Source of the DNA: Candidatus Omnitrophota bacterium
Lineage (GTDB): Bacteria; Omnitrophota; Gorgyraeia; JAHJTE01
Length of the DNA: 64,000 nt
Direction of reading: 5' to 3'
Assembly (NCBI GenBank): GCA_018830005.1
Contig: JAHJTE010000002.1
Location: 267,809 to 331,808, forward strand
In this document: positions 47,872 to 58,687 of the stretch, in pieces
Numbering within the stretch: position 1 is the first letter of the stretch
Layout of the letters: each line of letters opens with the position of its first letter
Program-made: the position numbers and the translations under genes
The notes under the pieces: generated by a model
What the model saw: the letters and a program-made list of their open reading frames with translations, nothing else
What the model was told of the DNA's origin: nothing
The model's database searches: none

Positions 47872-48469
47872 AAGGTCTGTCTACTATTGCCATCTTACAT
47901 TTTATTTCACTTATCTTTTTTACTACCCTTGCCGGAGATCCATAAGCTAAAGAACGAGACGGAATATCTTTGGTGACTACGCTACCTGCGCCAATTAAAG
48001 AATATTCACCGATTTTAATATGCGGCAATAAAGTAACATTCGCCCCAATCTTAGCTCCTTTTTTAATAGTAGGGCCTTTCATACATTTAGTGCAAACCGG
48101 ACATAGATCATTAGTAATGGTGACACCCGGTCCAATAAAGCAATCATCTTCAATAGTCGTAAATTGCGCAACATAAACATTACTATGAATCTTTACATTA
48201 GAGCCGATAACACATCCATAATCTATGACTGAATTGCTCCATATACATACATTGTTACCTATCTTATTTTGCTCACGCACTATTGTATTATGACCCGTTT
48301 CAAAGTTATCCCCAATTCTAGAACCCGAATAAATTACTGTGCCGGAACGAAATTTTGGATTATCTCCTACAATTAAGGCTTTATCCTTCACCTTGCGCCC
48401 AGAAAAATAGCCTAAAATTACTCCTTCATCGATCTTTTTGTTTTTTCCAACTTTGATTTCTTTTTTCAT
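47861..48469 (-). CDS. Hexapeptide-repeat (left-handed beta-helix) acyltransferase; candidate sugar N-/O-acetyltransferase (WbpD/PglD/WbbJ-like)
   Basis: Continuous [LIV]-G-x-x-x-x hexapeptide repeats throughout the 202 aa. Confidence 0.8.
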   Translation of the reverse strand: MKKEIKVGKNKKIDEGVILGYFSGRKVKDKALIVGDNPKFRSGTVIYSGSRIGDNFETGHNTIVREQNKIGNNVCIWSNSVIDYGCVIGSNVKIHSNVYVAQFTTIEDDCFIGPGVTITNDLCPVCTKCMKGPTIKKGAKIGANVTLLPHIKIGEYSLIGAGSVVTKDIPSRSLAYGSPARVVKKISEIKCKMAIVDRPYEY

Positions 48470-49476
48470 TATATTTTTTGAACTCGACTTTTGTTTTTAA
48501 TTGATAGTTGAATAGCCTCTAAAATTTTTGTTATTTTATCTCCAAATACAGCATCAGCGAATGGTCTCCTATTCTTAATCATACAATCTAGGAAGTTAAA
48601 ATTCTGATTTTTTAATGGCTCAGACAATTTAATTAAAGGGCTCACAACTTCTCCCTCTATGGGCAATAACTGAAATTCACCATAATCTGAATAAAATGGT
48701 TCTTTGATAACCCCTTTATTAAATATTCTAATTGGCTCAGAAGTATTCAAATCATCCCATATTGCCATTTTCTTATCGCCAACACAAGTAATCCTCCTTA
48801 CCTTTCTTGGATCTAACCAGCTAACGTGGATATTAACCAGAATATTACCAGGATAATGAAGAGTAATAAAAGCTGTGTCTGCGATCTTTTTTCTTAAGAA
48901 GAACCCGGCACTTGCAGAAACACTTCTTGGCCAGGCTTCCAACAAAAATGAGGCAATTGAAATATCATGCGAGGCCAAATCATATATTACGTCTACATCA
49001 TCCCTAATCGGCCCTAAATTTGTTCTGGTAAAATGTAAATATAGAATTTTCCCTAGTTCTCTCTTTTTTATATACTCCTTTAAACCGATAATTCCGTTAT
49101 TGTATAAAAAAACATAGCCAACCATTAAGACTCTTTTCTTTTTTCTTGCCAAGGAAAGTAATTCCTTGCTTTGTTTGCTTTTAACTGCAAGGGGTTTCTC
49201 GCATAAAACATGTTTGCCGCTAAGCAGGGCCAATTTAACTAAGTGGTAATGCGATGCTGTAGGAGTGGCTATAATTATTCCTTCTATCTGCTTATCATTC
49301 AATAGGTCACGATAATCTGAGGTAGTAACCAAATCTGGATCTATTCGCTCCAACGCCTTTAATCTTTTCTGATCCTTATCGCAACAAATCCCTATCCTTG
49401 CCTTATCAGACATATTAAAGACTCTGATATGATTATTCCCCCAATGCCCACAACCAATAATTCCTATTCTAATCAT
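48469..49476 (-). CDS. Gfo/Idh/MocA-family NAD(P)-dependent sugar oxidoreductase (WbpB-like)
   Basis: [21 protein letters not shown]-terminal Rossmann motif and a conserved EKP (HVLCEKPLA) segment. Confidence 0.85.
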   Translation of the reverse strand: MIRIGIIGCGHWGNNHIRVFNMSDKARIGICCDKDQKRLKALERIDPDLVTTSDYRDLLNDKQIEGIIIATPTASHYHLVKLALLSGKHVLCEKPLAVKSKQSKELLSLARKKKRVLMVGYVFLYNNGIIGLKEYIKKRELGKILYLHFTRTNLGPIRDDVDVIYDLASHDISIASFLLEAWPRSVSASAGFFLRKKIADTAFITLHYPGNILVNIHVSWLDPRKVRRITCVGDKKMAIWDDLNTSEPIRIFNKGVIKEPFYSDYGEFQLLPIEGEVVSPLIKLSEPLKNQNFNFLDCMIKNRRPFADAVFGDKITKILEAIQLSIKNKSRVQKI

Positions 49477-49521
49477 TTTAATCCTTTCAATACTCCATTA
49501 GATAAGAGTATCCTTATTAGC

Positions 49522-50475
49522 TCATTTTTTACAAACTATAATTGCCCTATCTCCAAACTCAAACATCTTGAACAGGAGGCTATTGGAGATAATGCTGGAA
49601 AAATTTTTGATATAGTATCCAATTCTATTTTTTAGAGTGTGGTTTTTATCTACAGACAATGGTTTTGCCTGAACTTCTGACACTTTATAATAGATAATCT
49701 CAAATCCCAAATTTTTTAGAAATTTTTTTATAGCTGTTGAATTGAATTCCCACAAATGTGCGGGAGGATTATTGCTATATCTATTTTTCTTAAATAACAT
49801 ATTAAACTTTAAAAAAAGATCAAAAAGCGATTTATTGTAAAGCAATGGTTGATTTATTATTAATATCCCGTCCTCTTTTAGCAATGTTTTTAAAACCTCC
49901 AAACTTTTCCTAATATTAAGCATATGCTCTAACACATCACCTGCATGAATTATGTCAAAATAATCAGGCTCATAATCTACATCTTCCAAGGTCCCGCAGA
50001 CAACATCTAAACCTAGGACAACTCTAGCATGCTCAGCCATTTTCTTATTCGGCTCGACTCCAAAGGTTTTAAAGCCTGATTTTCTAGCGTTCATTAGAAA
50101 ATGACCTCCAGCACATCCAACGTCCAAAAGTCTTCCGTCCTGCTTATATTTTTTAATAATTTTGATTATTTTTTCGTCAGCCTCAGTATAATCTGCCATG
50201 GCTTCCAAGTAAGGCTTCTTTCCAGAAACTGTTACATAATAGCTATCAAAATAATCATCTGTATTGTAGATATTATCTAAAGTCAGTTTTTCCGGAAGTG
50301 GATTTAAAAACATGAATCCACACTTACGGCATCTGACTATATCGTATTTTTTATTGCCATAAAAATGGCCGCCATATATTGTTTTATTAAAATTCCTGCT
50401 ACCACAAACAATACAAAGAGCAGTCTCTTGGCTAAGGCTGCTTTGCAATTTCAATCTAGTGTCGGCATTAGGCAT
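49522..50475 (-). CDS. Class I SAM-dependent methyltransferase with N-terminal zinc ribbon
   Basis: CIVCGS...CRKCG ribbon; LLDVGCAGGHFL motif I; DIIHAGDVLEHM. Start at 50475 gives the same ~20-aa pre-ribbon N-terminus as the paralogs and avoids overlap. The ORF-track start at 50559 has an AGGAG 3 nt upstream and is an alternative. Confidence 0.75.
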   Translation of the reverse strand: MPNADTRLKLQSSLSQETALCIVCGSRNFNKTIYGGHFYGNKKYDIVRCRKCGFMFLNPLPEKLTLDNIYNTDDYFDSYYVTVSGKKPYLEAMADYTEADEKIIKIIKKYKQDGRLLDVGCAGGHFLMNARKSGFKTFGVEPNKKMAEHARVVLGLDVVCGTLEDVDYEPDYFDIIHAGDVLEHMLNIRKSLEVLKTLLKEDGILIINQPLLYNKSLFDLFLKFNMLFKKNRYSNNPPAHLWEFNSTAIKKFLKNLGFEIIYYKVSEVQAKPLSVDKNHTLKNRIGYYIKNFSSIISNSLLFKMFEFGDRAIIVCKK

Positions 50476-51604
50476 TAGTGAGTCTTTCCTCGTAAAAAGT
50501 CTGCAATTTCCTAACAAGTCCTTTGGCATTAAATAATTCAAATGCCTTCTTTCTGGCATTTTCTCCTAAATGTCTTCTTAATTTTTCATCTCTTACAAGT
50601 TCAGAAATCGCATCGGCCAAAATTTTAGGATTCTGCTTTTGCACTAAAATTGCTTCCTTCCTATCAGATACAATTTCTTTTAAGGAGTCGATATCTGAGG
50701 CAATGATCGGCAGGCCTACGGCCATGGCCTCAACAAGCGCAATACCAAAGCCTTCATAGAGAGAAGGAAAAACAAAGATATCAGACGCAGCCATTATCTC
50801 TGCTATATCTCTTCTGTCTTCTAAAAACATCACTCTCTCTTTAAGGGATGAATCAGTTACTTTATTTTTAAGCTCCTCTTCTAAATTTCCCTTGCCAATT
50901 ATGATTAGTTTAAGACGAGGATTATCTTTACTTGCTAAATTAAACGCCTCAAGAAGATAAAGTTGACCTTTCTGAGGATGAAGCCTGCCAACATTTAAAA
51001 TAAGCACATCCTCTGATCTAAAGCCTAATTCATCTCTTTTCTCTTTAATTTTTAAACTATCTCGGCTTTTGAAAGATTCTACATCAATGTAGTTATAGAT
51101 AACTTCTGTGTTATTAAATTTAAGCTGTTTTAAAAAATCATTTTTAACGAATTCAGACACAGCAATAAAAGACGTCTTAGAAAACCTGGCAGACCCTTTA
51201 TCTATTGCCTTGCGTATCTTGAACCTCATCTTCCCATTATCTTCAAAGCTATAGTCTGGATTATGTAGTGTAGTGATTACTGTTTTTACCCTCGCAAGTT
51301 TTGCAGCTAGACGCCCAAATACATTAGGAAAGAAAAGATTAGTATGGATAGCATCCGGCTTCTCATGCTTAAAGATTCTTATCAAATCATAAATAATCGA
51401 GACATTAAACAAATGTATATCTTTTTTTAAGGCCCTGACCTTGACGCCGATTTTTTCTATTTCGCTGCCGATTTGGCCTTTCTCGCTAAGACAATATACA
51501 ACTGGATAAAATTTATTGCGATCCAGGAACTTTAAGGTAGTCAAAAGTAGTTGCTCTGCTCCACCAATCCTTAAATGCTCATAGAGATATAAAATCTTTA
51601 TCAT
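50468..51604 (-). CDS. Glycosyltransferase family 4 (GT-B)
   Basis: KILYLYEHLRIGGAEQLLL N-terminus; PSLYEGFGIALVEAMAVGLPIIASD E-x7-E motif. Confidence 0.85.
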   Translation of the reverse strand: MIKILYLYEHLRIGGAEQLLLTTLKFLDRNKFYPVVYCLSEKGQIGSEIEKIGVKVRALKKDIHLFNVSIIYDLIRIFKHEKPDAIHTNLFFPNVFGRLAAKLARVKTVITTLHNPDYSFEDNGKMRFKIRKAIDKGSARFSKTSFIAVSEFVKNDFLKQLKFNNTEVIYNYIDVESFKSRDSLKIKEKRDELGFRSEDVLILNVGRLHPQKGQLYLLEAFNLASKDNPRLKLIIIGKGNLEEELKNKVTDSSLKERVMFLEDRRDIAEIMAASDIFVFPSLYEGFGIALVEAMAVGLPIIASDIDSLKEIVSDRKEAILVQKQNPKILADAISELVRDEKLRRHLGENARKKAFELFNAKGLVRKLQTFYEERLTNA

Positions 51605-51624
51605 TCGTAAAGTTACTTTTTAAC

Positions 51625-53100
51625 TTATGTTTGCAAAAGGCCCTTGAGCATCTTTATTGCATTTATTGAGCGGCCTCTATAAAGAATGAAGAATGAGCCC
51701 AGGGTAAAAATTATTAAAATTATGAAATTAAAACAAAATTTAATTAGGTGGCCCATTCCTAATATATTATGAAAAATCTTTGCTCCTGTGAATGTAACTA
51801 AAAACAAGCAAATAATTTTCAGCATATTTCGCCACGGATATACATGAGGAAAATACTTTTTAGAAAAATAATATGCTAAGAGAAACGTTATGATGTAAGC
51901 GACAACAGTAGTCCAGGCTGCAGCAAATATACCAAATTTTGGTATAAATATAAGATTCAGGACTATATTAGCTATAGCTGCGCTAATAGTTATAACCGGA
52001 ATATATTTTGTCTTTTCCATAAAGAATATTCCATTTGCACCAAAACAATATAATCCCCTAAAAATATATGCAATTGCAAGAATAGGTATAAGTGGGATTG
52101 AAGCATAAAATGCGGGTTTGGTCATAAGTCTTACCAGGAAGCCTGAAAGAAGAAGATAGCCCATAAACATAACCATGATTACAAACCACCAGATTTCTAT
52201 AAATCTTCTGGTTTCCTGCTGAGCCTTAATTCTATCTTCTTGGGCAACTTTTAAAAAATGCGGACTATAAGCCGTAGTCGTTGCATTAACTATAATCAAT
52301 AATATAAAGGCAAAGGTATCGGCAATAGAATAGATACCGATATCTGAAAGTGGTACAAATCGCTGTAAAATCAATCTATCCGAATACATATAAATATATA
52401 TACTTAATATATGGGGTATTAGCGGCAAACTGTAACGCAGGGAGTCTCTTATATCCTGCGAAAATCGCAGCATTTTAATCCTAAACCAATCGCGAACAAG
52501 AAAGACAACAAAAATCAATCCGCAGATAGCGCTTATCAACTGAGCCATGAGGATCCCGATCGGACCCGAATTTAGAAAGACGACAAGGTACAAACCCAAG
52601 CCAACATTGATACTTACCTGAATTACTGTTAATAACAAAAACTTTGAACCTCTCTCCAAAGTCTGGAGTAAAGCCATGCATGAGCTAATTAATAAATTCG
52701 GCAACAAAGTCCAAGTTGCAATTAAAAAAAATGGCGAATAAGTTAGACCATTTTTATCTGAGAACATAATACTTATAATTCTTTCGCCAAATATGTTGAT
52801 AATAACGCATCCTGAAAACAAAACTGCGAAACCTAAGAAAAAAATGCTACTAAAATAAACTTTTGCCCTTTCTTTTTCCTTTAAGAATTTAACTACAAAA
52901 CGAGGAATCCCGCTGTGTATCTGCAAACTAATTAGTGCTGAAACTATACCAACGAACGACGTTACTAAAGCAAGGATTGCATAATCATCGGGAGATAGAA
53001 ATCTAGTATAGATGGGCAATAGAAAAAAACTAATCATACCCTGCAAAGAAGTTGCTAGAGTATAGAAGAAAGAGTTCTTTAAAACCTTATTAAATTCCAT
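51625..53100 (-). CDS. Wzx-type oligosaccharide flippase (MOP superfamily)
   Basis: 491 aa, ~14 TM helices, N-terminal NSFFYTLATSLQGMISFFLLPIYTRFLSPDDYA PST-family pattern. Confidence 0.75.
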   Translation of the reverse strand: MEFNKVLKNSFFYTLATSLQGMISFFLLPIYTRFLSPDDYAILALVTSFVGIVSALISLQIHSGIPRFVVKFLKEKERAKVYFSSIFFLGFAVLFSGCVIINIFGERIISIMFSDKNGLTYSPFFLIATWTLLPNLLISSCMALLQTLERGSKFLLLTVIQVSINVGLGLYLVVFLNSGPIGILMAQLISAICGLIFVVFLVRDWFRIKMLRFSQDIRDSLRYSLPLIPHILSIYIYMYSDRLILQRFVPLSDIGIYSIADTFAFILLIIVNATTTAYSPHFLKVAQEDRIKAQQETRRFIEIWWFVIMVMFMGYLLLSGFLVRLMTKPAFYASIPLIPILAIAYIFRGLYCFGANGIFFMEKTKYIPVITISAAIANIVLNLIFIPKFGIFAAAWTTVVAYIITFLLAYYFSKKYFPHVYPWRNMLKIICLFLVTFTGAKIFHNILGMGHLIKFCFNFIILIIFTLGSFFILYRGRSINAIKMLKGLLQT

Positions 53101-53884
53101 GGTCCTTATCTTGGTCTATCTGTTCCTTAGCAACAATAGATTCTCTAGTGACAAACCTATCTCTTATAATTGTCTTCAATGCTAAAAATCCATCCTGGAA
53201 TGGCCTGATCTTCTTTCCTTCCTCTACAGTGCGTGAATAATAATTTATAGCAACTTCGCTGATTTTTCCTCCTAGCCTGGCTACTCTAGTAACCAATTCG
53301 AAATCAAGATCAAAGCCGCTATTCTCCAATATGATTTGACGTAAAAAATTTCCATCAAATAACTTTGTCGCAGAGGCAGTATCTGTTAACTTACAACCAT
53401 AAAGTAGATTTGTTAAAAATGTTAAAAACATAACCCCCAAATAATTAAGGTAATAATGATACTTAACATCCCCATTCAAAGCTCTACTACCGAGCACGAA
53501 TGCTGCTTCTGTTTCTTTTGCATGGTCGTAGCACTTCCATACGTCTTCTGCCCGATATTCGCAGTCCGGATCATAAATCACAATATAATTACCCCTTGAA
53601 AACCCGATGCCTCTCTTTACCGATCCGCCTTTTCCAAGATTAGTTTCATTAAAGAATACTTGAACGTCGGGATGATTTATAGCCTTTAGCCACTCGCGAG
53701 TTCCGTCAGTAGAGCCGTTATCAAAAAATAATATCTCAACCTGTTCAGTGCGATTCTTTAAGGAGACTAATAAATCCTCATATGCCTTTTCAATACGTCC
53801 AATCTCATTATAGGCACACATTATAAATGTTAAATCTGCCAACTTTGTCTGAACCATATCTTTTTTTTCTATTTTCGAATCCAT
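53090..53884 (-). CDS. Glycosyltransferase family 2
   Basis: LTFIMCAYNEIGRI...ILFFDNGSTDGT...YDPDCE (DxD). Confidence 0.8.
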   Translation of the reverse strand: MDSKIEKKDMVQTKLADLTFIMCAYNEIGRIEKAYEDLLVSLKNRTEQVEILFFDNGSTDGTREWLKAINHPDVQVFFNETNLGKGGSVKRGIGFSRGNYIVIYDPDCEYRAEDVWKCYDHAKETEAAFVLGSRALNGDVKYHYYLNYLGVMFLTFLTNLLYGCKLTDTASATKLFDGNFLRQIILENSGFDLDFELVTRVARLGGKISEVAINYYSRTVEEGKKIRPFQDGFLALKTIIRDRFVTRESIVAKEQIDQDKDHGI

Positions 53885-53885
53885 A

Positions 53886-54785
53886 TCAGCCTTTAAGAGA
53901 GCTTTTATCCGTGTTTAGTTTGTACCAATTTATGACATTTCGAAGCCCATCCTTCCATGACACCGAAGGCTGCCAATCTAACAATCTTTTTGAAGTCCTA
54001 ATATCAGCCTTAGAATCAAAAATTTCATTCTTTTTATAAGGGATTACTCCCCAGTTTATATTCGCTCCTCTGTCTGCTGCCTTTTCTATCAAACTTATGA
54101 ACTCTCTTAAAGAGATACTTTGACCTGTGCCTATACTAAATTCTATAAATTTTTCTTTAAAATTTCTCATGTTTCCTAAAACTTTTAAATATGCTTTAAC
54201 TATATCTTTCACATAGATAAAATCTCTTTTTTGTTCACCACCTGTTGCATTGATTTCGCTACCATTTAAAATACTTTCAATCACAAAAGGGATGAATTTG
54301 GTATCGTCGTCTCTTTCACCATACATATATTCCAATACGATATTGATAAATTTAATCTCATAATTTGCGGAAAAAGACTTTGCTATCTCAAGGAATGATT
54401 TCTTGCTGGCAGAATATAGACTATATAAACTATTTATTGATGTGTCTGCGTTTATAAACGCCTTGACCTTATGCCTTGTGCCTAATTCTAATAATCTTGA
54501 AGGCAAGACGACATTCGCATTCATAATCTCGATAATGTTGTTATTATTCTTTTTTCCATAATCAGTTGCTAAATGGATAATTACATCAATGCTATTATCT
54601 TGAAAAACCCTTTCAAGATCAATTTTGTCAATTTCGTATTCTTTCAAACTCGAAAGAATATCTTTTATGCGCCAAGTGTCAGAAAAAGAGCGCTTGAGGA
54701 CAATGATATTATTTTCTTTTTCCAATAACTCGGGCAGAAGATGACTGCCCAAAAAACCTGTAGCTCCTGTAACTAAAATATTCAT
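53886..54785 (-). CDS. NAD-dependent epimerase/dehydratase (extended SDR)
   Basis: MNILVTGATGFLGSHLLPELL; YSASKKSFLE YxxxK. Confidence 0.85.
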   Translation of the reverse strand: MNILVTGATGFLGSHLLPELLEKENNIIVLKRSFSDTWRIKDILSSLKEYEIDKIDLERVFQDNSIDVIIHLATDYGKKNNNNIIEIMNANVVLPSRLLELGTRHKVKAFINADTSINSLYSLYSASKKSFLEIAKSFSANYEIKFINIVLEYMYGERDDDTKFIPFVIESILNGSEINATGGEQKRDFIYVKDIVKAYLKVLGNMRNFKEKFIEFSIGTGQSISLREFISLIEKAADRGANINWGVIPYKKNEIFDSKADIRTSKRLLDWQPSVSWKDGLRNVINWYKLNTDKSSLKG

Positions 54786-54812
54786 AAATAATTTTCTTGG
54801 CTTTTAGAAAAA

Positions 54813-56654
54813 TTAAACAAACTGATTAATAACCAGCTTAACCCTTTCTATCGACTTGCCATCCATTTTATAGGCATGTTCGGGAATGTACTTCTCTCTA
54901 TTTATCCTAAGTGCAGATTCTATCTTAGAATCAAATAAAACATTGCGAATTTGATTTTCTAATTTTTCAAGATTATCAACAGCTATAACTGCATTATATT
55001 TTCTAAAATTCCAGACATCCTCAGAAAAAAAGCCAGAGCTGTAACACAATAATATGACATTTTTATTCAACAAAACTGCCTCATAGCTGGCTCCGGAAAA
55101 GTGAGTTATAAGCAAATCACAAATATTTAAAAGCTCTAGCATCTCTATATCATTCTTAATAATGGTGTAATTTTGCAAGCCTGACTCTTTAGCTAATCTC
55201 TCATAAAGCTTTGCATCTATATCAAAAGGATGCAATTTGACTATAAGATGCGCCTCTTTTATATTTTTCATGACACCACAAATAAGATTCATTTGTTCTA
55301 TCATTTCATACTTGAGCGTGCCCATAGTTAATGAGGCATAGGTCGTTGCAAAAACAACTATCTTCTTTGAATCAACCAGTTCTAAATTTAACTTACCTGG
55401 TTTTTGATAAAAGGTATCAAGCTTAGGAGCTCCAACAATCCAAATTTTATCTTTATTAACCGAGTTTGCGGATAAATACTCCTTCCAGAAATTGCCTTCA
55501 ACTGTAACTGCATCCGCCGTAACCGGACGAAAAAAGATAAATTCATCAGCATGGCCAGTCTGCATAGCCACAACCGGTATAGATAGACTTTCTGCAATTA
55601 GGGCAATATCAAAATGATAATCCGCCACAACAATAACTTTCGGCCTATAGAGCGAAACAATCTTTCTGATTGTTTCTATATCCCTTATTTTTTCCGGAAA
55701 TTCTACATAAACTAATCTTCTGAATTTATGCATCAATATTGGCCAGAGAGATATCCCCTTATAAATTAACCTATCACTTATATAATTTGAGGAGAAGAAT
55801 AGATCGTGGATTCTTTTCAAAAATTGGCGTATTTCTTGCCTAGGCAACAAGTTATATAGCTTATATCCATAAAAATTAGTATAAGATATTTTATTTTTCT
55901 TCAAAATTTTAGAAGAACTTGATTGAAATGTATCAATTACTAATCGGTCATTATCATTGTAATCAAAGACAACTGGCAACATTGACTTAAAAAATCTCTC
56001 AATGGGAGTAAAAAATATAATTTTATATTGTTTATTTAGCTTTAGAGACGTTTTAAAATTAACAAGGTAAAAATATAAACTTATTAATGTTTTCTTGCCT
56101 TTTTTTAAAAACAATAGGCTTTTATTAAAAGCGTTTCTTAACAATAAACTCCGCTTAGAAGTTTTTACATGTTTAAAAATAGTAATCTGCTTTTTCTGGC
56201 AAATTAAGCTAACTAACTTCTCAAGATTGCTTATTTTGCCAAGGATATGGACTTGTGATGGGTTTTCAAAGTCCAAGATTCCTTGCATTAAATTAATATC
56301 ATATATGATCGGTGTGAGCTCAAAGAAAATATACCTGGCGCTTAATTCCCAGAGTGACACTCCTTTATACATTGTTAAAGTTTTAAGCGATGTTTGATCT
56401 TCCATCCTTTCTTCAGACAGCGAACTGAAGAAATCATATACATCTTGTTTAATATTTAAAAAATTTATATTTATTTTTTTCTGATAATATTCTAGGCTTC
56501 TTGAAATATATTTCTTAGGTATAATTCCGTTATTAAATGCTGATAAAATAAAAATTCTCCTATTGCTAACACTCAAGCTGCTGTATAGCTTATAAGCTGC
56601 GCCTAGCTGGGATCTCTCATTAACAAAAATTATGCTTTTAAGTTTATTACTCAT
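54813..56654 (-). CDS. GT-B-type transferase resembling CDP-glycerol glycerophosphotransferase (TagB/TagF family); candidate nonulosonate or polyol-phosphate transferase
   Basis: The C-terminal half carries IVVFATTYAS (like V-x-YAPT-x-R), IVKLHPFD (the K-x-HP motif) and DLLITHFSGASYEAVLLNKNVI (like LITDYSS...FDF...KP). 613 aa, directly upstream of the NeuB-like gene. Confidence 0.45.
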   Translation of the reverse strand: MSNKLKSIIFVNERSQLGAAYKLYSSLSVSNRRIFILSAFNNGIIPKKYISRSLEYYQKKININFLNIKQDVYDFFSSLSEERMEDQTSLKTLTMYKGVSLWELSARYIFFELTPIIYDINLMQGILDFENPSQVHILGKISNLEKLVSLICQKKQITIFKHVKTSKRSLLLRNAFNKSLLFLKKGKKTLISLYFYLVNFKTSLKLNKQYKIIFFTPIERFFKSMLPVVFDYNDNDRLVIDTFQSSSSKILKKNKISYTNFYGYKLYNLLPRQEIRQFLKRIHDLFFSSNYISDRLIYKGISLWPILMHKFRRLVYVEFPEKIRDIETIRKIVSLYRPKVIVVADYHFDIALIAESLSIPVVAMQTGHADEFIFFRPVTADAVTVEGNFWKEYLSANSVNKDKIWIVGAPKLDTFYQKPGKLNLELVDSKKIVVFATTYASLTMGTLKYEMIEQMNLICGVMKNIKEAHLIVKLHPFDIDAKLYERLAKESGLQNYTIIKNDIEMLELLNICDLLITHFSGASYEAVLLNKNVILLCYSSGFFSEDVWNFRKYNAVIAVDNLEKLENQIRNVLFDSKIESALRINREKYIPEHAYKMDGKSIERVKLVINQFV

Positions 56655-56671
56655 AATTTAGTATGATTTTC

Positions 56672-57754
56672 TCATTTTGAAATCAACTTCCTGACCAACG
56701 GCGTACCTTTAGCAATATCTTTTTTTGCTTTCCTGTTTAAGATTGTCTTAAAAAATTTTGGGGCAAGCCCAAAACCTGGTCTGATAGAACGAATATTCTC
56801 CTCGCTGAATCTTTCTCCCTTTTTTATATCTTTAACAGCAAACAAAGAACGCCTGATAATAAGACTATTCTTTTCTCCCTTTGTTAATCCATAATAAACC
56901 CTTCCTAGCGCCTTTTCGGCAACCCGTACATTATTTACTAATTCCTTCAACTCATTAGGCTCTATTGAAAAAAAGCTCTCTGGAGTTTTATTAATTCTGG
57001 ATAAGGTAAAGTGTTTTTCAATCATAACTACACCTAAAGAGGCTGCAGCTATTGATGCACCTATCCCTAAACTATGATCAGAAAGTCCAATGGGACAATC
57101 AAATGTTTTCTTCATATCTGTAATTGTTCTTAAATTCATCTCTTCTGGTTTTGCCGGATAGCTACTTACACACCTTAAAAGAATTACCTCTTTGGCTCCA
57201 GCATGTCTTGCCACATCAATAGCTTCTTTTATTTCTAGTTTCGTCGCCATTCCTGTTGATAATATAAGTGGCTTTTTGGTTTTTGCCATATATTCAATTA
57301 AGCCCAAATCGACTAATTCGAAAGAGGCCACCTTATGCATAGGAACGCTTAAGGACTCTAGCAAATCCACAGCGGTTTTATCAAAGGCAGTAGCAAAAAA
57401 GATAATCCCTAAATCATCCGCTATGCTTTTCAATTTCGGGAACCACTCCCAAGGAATATATGTCTTCTTATATAGCTGATATAATGACTGGCCGCCCCAT
57501 TTTGGATGTTTTACCTTGAAATATTTATTATCGATATTTAAAGTTATGGTATCAGGGGTATAGACCTGAAATTTAACAGCATCTGCGCCGCATCTTTTAG
57601 CCTCTTTAATCAATCTAACTGCGCGGTGAAATTCTTGGCCGTGGTTAGCAGAGATCTCAGCTACTATAAAACAGTGATTGCTTTTTTGAAATACTTTCCT
57701 CGAAACTATTCTTATTCCCATAGCCATCTTATTTAAGGGCATAAAACACTTCAT
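56672..57754 (-). CDS. Nonulosonic acid synthase (N-acetylneuraminate/pseudaminate/legionaminate synthase family, NeuB-like)
   Basis: CFIVAEISANHGQEFHRAVRLIKEAKRCGADAVKFQ N-terminal TIM-barrel signature, a C-terminal SAF domain (...SIRPGFGLAPKF...), and a strong AGGAG RBS 5 nt upstream of the 57754 start. Confidence 0.9.
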   Translation of the reverse strand: MKCFMPLNKMAMGIRIVSRKVFQKSNHCFIVAEISANHGQEFHRAVRLIKEAKRCGADAVKFQVYTPDTITLNIDNKYFKVKHPKWGGQSLYQLYKKTYIPWEWFPKLKSIADDLGIIFFATAFDKTAVDLLESLSVPMHKVASFELVDLGLIEYMAKTKKPLILSTGMATKLEIKEAIDVARHAGAKEVILLRCVSSYPAKPEEMNLRTITDMKKTFDCPIGLSDHSLGIGASIAAASLGVVMIEKHFTLSRINKTPESFFSIEPNELKELVNNVRVAEKALGRVYYGLTKGEKNSLIIRRSLFAVKDIKKGERFSEENIRSIRPGFGLAPKFFKTILNRKAKKDIAKGTPLVRKLISK

Positions 57755-58685
57755 CTAGACTCCTGACACCAACGCCTTTTTTATATTTTAGTTTAAATTT
57801 GATTGCTCTTTGCCCGTCAGCTAGTTGTAACCACCATTTCACATCCTGAAAACCAAAATAATGCCTAAAATATACAGTGCTGGAAAGTCTGGGGTTAACT
57901 TCAATCACAACAAATCCTGATCTAGTTTTTCTGGTTTGTATATTTATTGAACCGACTAAATCAACGCATCTGGCTAATTTTTCCGCTAAGGCCGATACCT
58001 CATGATTTCTAACCAGCTCTACTACTCTGGATAGACTACCAAATCCTAATTTTCTTCTAAAAGTAATAGTATATATCTGGACACCATTAGAGAATACCCC
58101 GGTAGTATATTCTTCATTCTCGTTACCGACTTCTTCTTGAACAATAGCATTACAGACCATATTTTTATAAAGACTGAACTCATTCGGCTTATTGATCCTT
58201 ATTAGCTGCTTGCTACCGTATCCTTTTCTAGGTTTAATAATTAATGGGTATTTTAATTGTTTATTAAAATTTTCTATTAAAAAGGTCTTTGGATGCGGTA
58301 AATTATTCTTTTTTAGAAAATTAATAGTTTTGTATTTGTCGAAGAAGGTATTCAAAATAAATGGCCGGTTAATAAAAATCTTAACTTCTTTTTTTAAAAA
58401 ATAAGTTCTATTTTTATCAAAAAATTTAATTTCCGGTTCAGTGCTGGGAAAGATATATTTAATCTTGTATTTATTGACAATATCTCTTATCGACTTATAA
58501 TACCTATCTCTTTGCGCTGGCTCTGGCACGACAAAAAATCTTGATACTTGAGCTTTCCCGGCAGAATATGGATCAATATCACAACCTGTTAAATCCATCT
58601 GGTAACCTGTGTCTTTTAGGCATTTGATAATGCTCACGCCTATATCACCGCCGACACCAGTTATGAGTATATTCTTCTTGCGCAT
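57729..58685 (-). CDS. ATP-grasp domain protein (candidate amide-ligase acting on the nonulosonate or its precursor)
   Basis: N-terminal Rossmann-like ILITGVGGDIGVSI, a central ATP-grasp fold region with KPRKGYGSKQL..., and a C-terminal E/N pair (VIEVNPR); 318 aa. Confidence 0.65.
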   Translation of the reverse strand: MRKKNILITGVGGDIGVSIIKCLKDTGYQMDLTGCDIDPYSAGKAQVSRFFVVPEPAQRDRYYKSIRDIVNKYKIKYIFPSTEPEIKFFDKNRTYFLKKEVKIFINRPFILNTFFDKYKTINFLKKNNLPHPKTFLIENFNKQLKYPLIIKPRKGYGSKQLIRINKPNEFSLYKNMVCNAIVQEEVGNENEEYTTGVFSNGVQIYTITFRRKLGFGSLSRVVELVRNHEVSALAEKLARCVDLVGSINIQTRKTRSGFVVIEVNPRLSSTVYFRHYFGFQDVKWWLQLADGQRAIKFKLKYKKGVGVRSLDEVFYALK

Positions 58686-58687
58686 TC

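Noticed and set aside
56672..57727. Trimming the NeuB-like gene start to an internal ATG (57727 or 57721) to remove the 26-nt overlap with the ATP-grasp gene
   Set aside because: The upstream ATG at 57754 is preceded by a strong AGGAG 5 nt away, whereas the internal ATGs have no RBS. I kept the longer, overlapping form.
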